From: Candidatus Omnitrophota bacterium
Lineage (GTDB): Bacteria; Omnitrophota; Gorgyraeia; Zapsychrales; JBDRMG01
Reading direction: 5' to 3'
NCBI GenBank assembly: GCA_043812495.1
Contig: JBDRMG010000064.1
Location: 2,799 to 66,798, forward strand
Length of the DNA stretch: 64,000 nt
Notes under the pieces: generated by a model
Database searches by the model: none
Told to the model about the DNA's origin: nothing
Seen by the model: only the letters and a program-made list of their open reading frames with translations
Shown: positions 58,229 through 64,000 of the stretch, one piece after another
Position numbering within the stretch: the stretch's first letter is position 1
How the letters are laid out: each line of letters begins with the position of its first letter
Made by a program: the position numbers and the translations under genes

Positions 58229-58964
58229 CTGCGTCATCGGCGTTTACTTTATCTGCGTCATCGGCGTTTACTTTATCTGCGTCATCGGCGTTTACTTTAT
58301 CTGCGTCATCTGCGGTTGCATTATCTGCGTCATCGGCGTTTACTTTATCTGCGTCATCTGCGGTTGCATTATCTGCGTCATCTGCGGTTGCATTATCTGC
58401 GTCATCGGCGTTTACTTTATCTGCGTCATCTGCGGTTGCAAGCTTTGTGGTTGCCACTTTCACTTTACTCGTGCGCACCACGCGATCACCCAACAGATAC
58501 CCCTTCTGAAATTCTTCCACAATCGTACCCTCGGGGTGCTGGTCTGTCCCCTCTTGCATCAAGGCTTCGTGCAAATGCGGATCAAATGGTTTGCCTTTGG
58601 CCTCGATGGGCTTCACATTATTTTTCTTAAGCATGTCATAGACATGCGCCATGACCATTTCGATTCCTTTGAGGAAAGCCGTATAGTCCTGATGATTGGC
58701 CTTGGCCGCCTCGACGGATCTTTCTAAATCGTCAAGGATGTTCAAAAATTCAGTGACGAGTCCTTCATTGGCGTATTTGATGAATTCGAACTTTTCGCGC
58801 TCCATGCGCTTGCGCGCGTTTTCGAATTCGGCGTAAAGACGGATAAATTTGTCTTTATACTCACCGGCCTCTTGTTTAAGCTCTTCGAGTTCCGATTCCT
58901 TGACGGAAACCATCTTCTCTTTTTGCGGCTTGGTTTCTTTATCGTGTTGATTCTCTTTTGTCAT
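58215..58964 (-). CDS. grpE: Nucleotide exchange factor GrpE with repeat-derived acidic C-terminal tail
   Basis: RLYAEFENARKR, FDPHLHEA, QKGY..RVVR. Confidence 0.95.
   Translation of the reverse strand: MTKENQHDKETKPQKEKMVSVKESELEELKQEAGEYKDKFIRLYAEFENARKRMEREKFEFIKYANEGLVTEFLNILDDLERSVEAAKANHQDYTAFLKGIEMVMAHVYDMLKKNNVKPIEAKGKPFDPHLHEALMQEGTDQHPEGTIVEEFQKGYLLGDRVVRTSKVKVATTKLATADDADKVNADDADNATADDADNATADDADKVNADDADNATADDADKVNADDADKVNADDADKVNADDADEQK
58227..58442. repeat. Nine 24-bp tandem units of two types (order A A A B A B B A B)
   Basis: A=ATCTGCGTCATCGGCGTTTACTTT, B=ATCTGCGTCATCTGCGGTTGCATT. Confidence 0.95.
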
Positions 58965-58979
58965 TTGGATATTTCCCGA

Positions 58980-59717
58980 TTAAAACTGACTCATCAGTTC
59001 CGACAAATATTCAAGGGCCGACACAACCCGCTCATAATCCATGCGCGTCGGCCCGAGAAGCGCAATACGTCCTGTTTCTCCTGATTTTCGTTGATATTTG
59101 GATACCGCCAGAGAACAGCTTCCCATGTCCTCGCACGCAATTTCGTTTCCGATAAAAAATTCAATTCGCTTCTCGAGATTCCGGTTAATGATATCCAAGA
59201 GGTGTTCTTTTTGTTCAATTAAGCGAAGAATTCCTTGAATTTTCTGAAAATCGTGAAATTCCGGAAAGCCAGCAACAAAATTCATACCGCTGCAATAGAG
59301 ATGCTCGGAATCCCCATCTAAAGAAACAAGACTTGTATATTGCGTCAACTCAGAAATGGCCTGAGATGTAATTTCAAGCAATCGTTCTAATTCTTTCACA
59401 TGAGCCAGATATTCCTGTTCGATGCGCTTTTTCTCCTTTCCAAGAAGCTGGATCTCATTCATGAGGTGATCAACAAAATAACGATAACCTTTTTGTGTCG
59501 GAATCCGGCCAGCCGATGTGTGGGGATGCGTTAAGTAGCCATCTTCTTCGAGTTCAGCTAAGATATTGCGGATTGTGGCCGGACTTAAGTCATAAAAATG
59601 CCGTTTCACAATAAAACCCGAGCTGACCGGTGTGACGTTTTTTGCATATTCATCCACAACGATCGAAAGAATCTTGTCTTTTCTGGCTTGATAATCAGTT
59701 TTTCTTGGCGTCATCAT
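58980..59717 (-). CDS. hrcA: Heat-inducible transcription repressor HrcA (short form)
   Basis: LSPATIRN, HPHTSAGRIPT, GPTRMDY. Confidence 0.93.
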   Translation of the reverse strand: MMTPRKTDYQARKDKILSIVVDEYAKNVTPVSSGFIVKRHFYDLSPATIRNILAELEEDGYLTHPHTSAGRIPTQKGYRYFVDHLMNEIQLLGKEKKRIEQEYLAHVKELERLLEITSQAISELTQYTSLVSLDGDSEHLYCSGMNFVAGFPEFHDFQKIQGILRLIEQKEHLLDIINRNLEKRIEFFIGNEIACEDMGSCSLAVSKYQRKSGETGRIALLGPTRMDYERVVSALEYLSELMSQF

Positions 59718-59765
59718 CTTAATTTTAATTATTAATATTAATACCTATCAAATGCTTTCTAAAAA

Positions 59766-59792
59766 TTAGCACTCTAGCAACAAGAATGCTAA
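59766..59792. promoter_or_regulatory. CIRCE element upstream of hrcA
   Basis: TTAGCACTC-N9-GAATGCTAA (1 mismatch to consensus). Confidence 0.92.
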
Positions 59793-59798
59793 GGGGGT

Positions 59799-59826
59799 AT
59801 TTTAGCAAATAATGATTTGATGTCAA
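59799..59826 (-). promoter_or_regulatory. Sigma70-type promoter for the hrcA operon
   Basis: TTGACA-N16-TAAAAT with extended -10 TG, directly ahead of the CIRCE. Confidence 0.7.
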
Positions 59827-59860
59827 CAAATTTTGGATAAGGCACCTCATCGATCATTCC

Positions 59861-59893
59861 CCCCGCCCGCCATTGAACCAATGGCGGGCGGGG
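59861..59893. terminator. 15-bp GC hairpin after hsp20 (no T tract)
   Basis: CCCCGCCCGCCATTG-AAC-CAATGGCGGGCGGGG. Confidence 0.5.
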
Positions 59894-59907
59894 CGCATCT
59901 TTACTTC

Positions 59908-60357
59908 CTAATTAATGTCTATCTTGATTTGCTTTGGTTTTTCCTTCTCGATCTTAGGCAGAACGATCTCAAGAACCCCATTTTTGTACGACGCCTTGAC
60001 TTTGTCTTTGTCTATTCCAACGCCGAGCTGTAAACTTCGTTCAAAAACACCGTAGGATCGCTCCACGCGATGATAGCTCCTTTCCTTCTTTTCCGTTTCG
60101 ATTTTTCGCTCTCCTCTGACAGTAAGGATGTCGTCATCTATATTGAGCTCAATTTCATTCTCCTTTAAGCCAGGCAAATCAGCCTTCACGATGACATTGT
60201 CTTTATCCTCATCGACATCAACAGCAGGAAAACCGCGAAAGGGGCTCAGGTTTTTGTCTAAACCGGGAAACAGAGTTAGTTCAAAAGCACGATTTTCCAA
60301 GTCCGACAGTTCGCGAAACGGATCGTAGTTCTTTTGATTCCATTTGATTAATGCCAT
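59908..60357 (-). CDS. Hsp20/alpha-crystallin small heat-shock protein
   Basis: PAVDV, ADLPG, ERSYGVFER, ASYKNGVLEI. Confidence 0.95.
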   Translation of the reverse strand: MALIKWNQKNYDPFRELSDLENRAFELTLFPGLDKNLSPFRGFPAVDVDEDKDNVIVKADLPGLKENEIELNIDDDILTVRGERKIETEKKERSYHRVERSYGVFERSLQLGVGIDKDKVKASYKNGVLEIVLPKIEKEKPKQIKIDIN

Positions 60358-60401
60358 AACGCACCTCCTTGTTTATTGATTTATCTTTTACTTTTCTTAA
60401 C

Positions 60402-60428
60402 CTGGCACTCACGCTTAAAGAGTGCTAA
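60402..60428. promoter_or_regulatory. CIRCE element upstream of hsp20
   Basis: CTGGCACTC-N9-GAGTGCTAA. Confidence 0.88.
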
Positions 60429-60446
60429 TTTAAATTTAAAAAATTT

Positions 60447-60743
60447 TTATTGTTCTTCTTCCTCGCTCTCACCTCCTTCTATTTCCAATATAAATTTAAT
60501 CCCACTAATATTCACATGTTTCTTTTCCATTAAATAGCAAACGTAATTTAGTTTCTTAATTTGCACTTTTGAATAACACCGTGTTTTCTTGCCTAAACGC
60601 TTGGGGCAAACAATACCCATCTCGTCGAGCTTCCGGAGCGTCCAAATAGGAATCCCGACCATTTCACTCACAATGCTTATGATAAAAAGAGGATCTTCCG
60701 GTTCAATTTCGATGTCAAAATCATCGAATTCTTTACGGTCCAT
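60447..60743 (-). CDS. MerR family regulator, HspR-like
   Basis: PLFIISIVSEMVGIPIWTLR...RCYS...VNISGIKFILE; AGGAGG RBS. Confidence 0.82.
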   Translation of the reverse strand: MDRKEFDDFDIEIEPEDPLFIISIVSEMVGIPIWTLRKLDEMGIVCPKRLGKKTRCYSKVQIKKLNYVCYLMEKKHVNISGIKFILEIEGGESEEEEQ

Positions 60744-60770
60744 CTCAATCCCTCCTTTTTATCCAATTGG

Positions 60771-60799
60771 AATATAGCATAACCTCATTTATCTGTCAA
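60771..60799 (-). promoter_or_regulatory. Sigma70-type promoter for the MerR gene
   Basis: TTGACA-N17-TATATT with extended -10 TG. Confidence 0.7.
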
Positions 60800-60904
60800 G
60801 TTATTCTTATCTTTTTAGTTAGGTAATCTAACTATCCAATCAGAAAAATAAGGCGCTCTTTCTCTTGGCCCAGCTTACTGATTATTCTTCAAGAATGGAT
60901 GCCT

Positions 60905-61003
60905 TTATCGATCTCGACTTACTTCCTCATGCCTTTCAGCTAAAAAGGACGTCGCGCCTAAGCCTACCAAGGCGGAAACTAAACCAACGATGATGTGAAT
61001 CAT
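60905..61003 (-). CDS. Putative 32-aa single-TM small protein
   Basis: MIHIIVGLVSALVGLGATSFLAERHEEVSRDR; GAGG about 13 nt upstream. Confidence 0.4.
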   Translation of the reverse strand: MIHIIVGLVSALVGLGATSFLAERHEEVSRDR

Positions 61004-61087
61004 GCTGAAAGTATATCCTCTCTTTTAAAAAAAACAAGGGGTTAAAGTGCCCATTTAAAAAGCGTTTTCTTATCCCTAAGATACTTT

Positions 61088-61124
61088 TGGGCGGGCCGCC
61101 AATGAATCATTGGCGGCCCGCCCA
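61088..61124. terminator. 17-bp GC hairpin after the glycoside hydrolase gene (no T tract)
   Basis: TGGGCGGGCCGCCAATG-AAT-CATTGGCGGCCCGCCCA. Confidence 0.5.
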
Positions 61125-61155
61125 TTCCCTCGTCGTTTTGAGGATACTTCCTTTA

Positions 61156-63069
61156 CTACTTCATCATTAAATCAGCTGATTTATTAACCGGCCCAACGGC
61201 CTTAGGAAATTCTCGCCTCAATTCAGGATAAGCGCTAAGAAATTCCTCAAGATTGTCATAATCACCCTTGGGATTTAAATCGTCCCCTGACCTATTTAAT
61301 TTTGTATTCTTTTCGCACACCATCGGCGCCGGTCCACCGGTAAAGATATAAGCAATGAGATAAACAACGTCATCTAAATCAATACTACCACTACACTCGA
61401 CATCACCTATTTTATAAGGTAGTGGCTGGGGTCCTCCGACAAAGATATAGGCAATAAGATAAACAACATCATCTAAATCAATGTTTTCCATTCTATTAGC
61501 ATCACCCAATATATAGGAAAATTTGTCTTTTAACACATTATAACCCTGTCTAGTTGTTGATGTGTCTGTTGATACAAGCCCCCACCATTCTTCATTCATA
61601 TTGGGATCCAGATAGCCTGGGTTATACCAATCTACCACGGTATCATGACTCGATGGAGTCCCGTGACTACTTTTGTACCATCCGTCCTTCCAGGAAAAAG
61701 CTATTCCTCCGATACCTACTTTTGAATTACCTAAATTAGCGATATTACTCCAAATCTCGGGCCACAGCGATTCCAAATATTCAGCCTGAATGGTTTGATC
61801 TTCATGACCGAACCGGCCATCATAGGCATCACAGCCGAATTCGCTGATTAATAATGGTTTATTTGTCAAAGCCGCGAAATCATCAAATACACTTCCGAAT
61901 GACTCGCCTCGATAAAACTGCATAGACCATACATCTAAATAAGATAATGAGGCATCGTCAGCATTTTTTAAAGGGTCCCCGATATCCCAATCTGCCTGAT
62001 CCGCATTTGCGGTTGTCACAGGATGATAATTGGCGCCTTCCTCTAAATGCGCTGCCTGAGCGCACTCATTCACAAGGCTATACCAATCGCTTGGATTAAC
62101 GCCCGCTCCTTCAAGCTCCCGATTGACTTCATTGCCCAAGCTCCACATTAAAATGGCAGGATGATTTTTCCAGTGCCTAACCATTTCCCGAAAGCGTGCC
62201 TTAATGTTTTCGCGGACAACTGGATTTCCAAAATCAACTGCCTGTCCGCTATATTTTGCCACAACCGGAAATCCCATAACGACATATATATCATTTTGGT
62301 ATAAACTATCTAATGCGGCTTTTTGGGATGGACGTATAGAATAAGTACGAATCGTATTAACACCCATTTCTTTCATTAAAGAGATATCGTTAATGTAATC
62401 ATCCTGAGACAATGACCAGTCATAACTTGAACCGTACTCTCCTATCGGAGTAAATTCAGCATTAACGCCCTGGATGGCAAAAACCTTTCCGTCAACAAAA
62501 AGTTTCCTTCCGTTAACGGAAACTGCGGTTGGGTTTCCGTTAATAGGAACTTCCCAGCGGACATGATCAACAAAAAAGACTTGGCTGCTTTCTACTGTTA
62601 TCTTGAAAGGACAATAGGTATGGCTTAAATCTGCGCTGAAATCACTAAGCGGTATAACGATCTCTTGCCATTGGTTTACAAGATCCCATCCGTAATCGGA
62701 TATGTACTTTGTGCGATTAACACCCTGAGGAGCCTCGATTTCCACTTTAAGATCAACAGGCGTTTTAACAAAAAACTTTAAATGACCCCCGTTGTAACGA
62801 GACAAATCTAAAGTATAATTTTGGTCATCATTGAAGAATATTCCCCAACCAGCCCAATTATTGCTGACAGTCGCAAAATACGAAACTCCTTCCGGTGTTT
62901 CCTGGCTAAATCTTTGCTCAGAAAATCCTCCTCCGCCGTCCCAAGTCCACAGTTTCCATACATTGGGTGTACCGCCATCGCGGTAAACATATAAAATATC
63001 TGCCCAAGATAAACTTGCGACGTTTAGTCCGATAAATAGAAAAACCAGTATAATTAATATTTTTCTCAC
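61156..63069 (-). CDS. Secreted GH2-like TIM-barrel glycoside hydrolase with CBM-like N-terminus and dockerin-like C-terminus
   Basis: Signal peptide, GVNTIRTY, HPAILMWSLGNE, PLLISEFG, duplicated GD.....IDLDDVVYL. Confidence 0.82.
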   Translation of the reverse strand: MRKILIILVFLFIGLNVASLSWADILYVYRDGGTPNVWKLWTWDGGGGFSEQRFSQETPEGVSYFATVSNNWAGWGIFFNDDQNYTLDLSRYNGGHLKFFVKTPVDLKVEIEAPQGVNRTKYISDYGWDLVNQWQEIVIPLSDFSADLSHTYCPFKITVESSQVFFVDHVRWEVPINGNPTAVSVNGRKLFVDGKVFAIQGVNAEFTPIGEYGSSYDWSLSQDDYINDISLMKEMGVNTIRTYSIRPSQKAALDSLYQNDIYVVMGFPVVAKYSGQAVDFGNPVVRENIKARFREMVRHWKNHPAILMWSLGNEVNRELEGAGVNPSDWYSLVNECAQAAHLEEGANYHPVTTANADQADWDIGDPLKNADDASLSYLDVWSMQFYRGESFGSVFDDFAALTNKPLLISEFGCDAYDGRFGHEDQTIQAEYLESLWPEIWSNIANLGNSKVGIGGIAFSWKDGWYKSSHGTPSSHDTVVDWYNPGYLDPNMNEEWWGLVSTDTSTTRQGYNVLKDKFSYILGDANRMENIDLDDVVYLIAYIFVGGPQPLPYKIGDVECSGSIDLDDVVYLIAYIFTGGPAPMVCEKNTKLNRSGDDLNPKGDYDNLEEFLSAYPELRREFPKAVGPVNKSADLMMK

Positions 63070-63241
63070 CCTTGGCCTCCTCTTATTCCCTTTTATATAA
63101 TATGTATATACGTACTAAATACTTTTTAAAAGTATAACATACCTTTGGATTGCTGACATAACTTTATTGAACACACACGGGCCTCCGGCCCATCAAAAAA
63201 GATATAATTTTATCGTAGCTGGCCCCGTATTTTTTACTGTT

Positions 63242-64000
63242 TTATCTCATTATCTTGCTTGATTGCATGCCTATGGTCTTTGGCTGATAGACGTAGTCCC
63301 GTACCATCGGATATTCATTTAAGAATTCGTCTAAAGTCATCCCACCTGTCGGATCTCCTGATTTATTCATCGCTGAACCGCTATCACCGCACACTGGTCC
63401 CTGTCCGGAGGAAAAGATATAATTGACCAAATACATGACATCATCGATATCGACAGATCCGTTGCCATCAACATCGCCCACCTCTAGCGGAACAGGAGCA
63501 GGCCCACCAGTAAATATATAATCAATTAAATAAACAGCGTCATCAATATCGACAAAACCATCTCCATTAGCGTCACCGCAGATATTCGTAATGTTAATAA
63601 CGTCGCTAATATCATTAGCTCCGAATCTATCTCTTGCTTCACAGACAAGAGAATATTGGGTCAACGGTATGTGAATGTAGTTATCCGAAGAAAAATCCGT
63701 GTCCCAGATCGCATCATTATTGAAATCGCATCTATATTCCAGCAAGCCATCCCATGTTGTGTCACTATCTAAATCACTCACGTCCATAGATATGATTAAG
63801 CCGGAACTTTTCTCGAGGATGTACATATTGTAATCCACAAGATACGCATAGCCATCTTGGACGGATACATCACGGGAGAAACCTGGGGCCCAATAGGAAT
63901 CGACAAAATTGGGCGCAGAAGGATTACTGATGTCAAGAATTTGGAGGCCTCCCATATAGTCCGCTATATAGGCGTACTGCCCCGAAACTTTGACCCCATA
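63242..64000 (-). CDS. C-terminal part of an LVIVD-repeat protein with dockerin-like domain
   Basis: VSGQYAYIADY.GGLQILDISNP; GDANGDGFVDIDDAVYL / GDVDGNGSVDIDDVMYL; frame open to the window edge. Confidence 0.82.
   Translation of the reverse strand, partial: YGVKVSGQYAYIADYMGGLQILDISNPSAPNFVDSYWAPGFSRDVSVQDGYAYLVDYNMYILEKSSGLIISMDVSDLDSDTTWDGLLEYRCDFNNDAIWDTDFSSDNYIHIPLTQYSLVCEARDRFGANDISDVINITNICGDANGDGFVDIDDAVYLIDYIFTGGPAPVPLEVGDVDGNGSVDIDDVMYLVNYIFSSGQGPVCGDSGSAMNKSGDPTGGMTLDEFLNEYPMVRDYVYQPKTIGMQSSKIMR

Larger units (their letters stand above)
57796..58442. mobile_element. GxxExxY gene bounded by 24-bp terminal inverted repeats and internal repeat arrays
   Basis: CTTGCAACCGCAGATATCGCAGAT (57796-57819) versus reverse complement of 58419-58442, 22/24 identical. 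Confidence 0.7.

Noticed and set aside
58227-58442. CRISPR array
   Set aside because: Units are contiguous with only two variants, there are no unique spacers, and no cas genes lie in the window.
58120-58727. Plus-strand ORFs with [16 protein letters not shown] and HYLRHRRL repeats
   Set aside because: Alternative-frame readings of the grpE tandem repeat.
1-64000. tRNA/rRNA genes, transposases, prophage genes, and the many short antisense ORFs in the track
   Set aside because: None recognised by eye; the short ORFs are shadows of well-supported genes.

Overview
Bacterial chromosomal window from a diderm organism (LptD, GT9 heptosyltransferase); the gene content suggests an uncultured PVC-type lineage such as Omnitrophota, but that is inference. 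Nearly all genes are on the minus strand. Left to right: (1) 1-20.5 kb, an envelope glycan cluster with GT2/GT4/GT9/GT87 glycosyltransferases, two DegT-type aminotransferases, a carbamoyltransferase-SxtJ-DUF5989 triad, HddA/HddC-like enzymes, a split transketolase, epimerases and two B12-binding radical SAM enzymes; (2) 20.8-37.7 kb, an accessory region whose centre is a tightly coupled operon encoding a signal-peptide/TM protein ending in (CHxA)7-CVSSGH, immediately followed by a radical SAM/SPASM enzyme with an RRE-like N-terminus and several membrane proteins (best candidate for a new system); (3) 37.7-47.4 kb, nucleotide-sugar genes (uxs-like, dehydrogenases, rfbDBAC, ugd), lptD and a ROK kinase; (4) two GGDEF proteins, a GIY-YIG nuclease, a sugar ABC ATPase and accD; (5) a heat-shock locus (HspR-like MerR, hsp20, hrcA, grpE, frameshifted dnaK, dnaJ) with two CIRCE sites; (6) two proteins with dockerin-like C-termini. 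Intergenic DNA holds several families of palindromic REP/MITE-like repeats, two of which directly flank small nuclease genes (GxxExxY, GIY-YIG). No rRNA, tRNA or CRISPR array was recognised. Identities were counted by eye and product calls come from motif recognition, not database searches.
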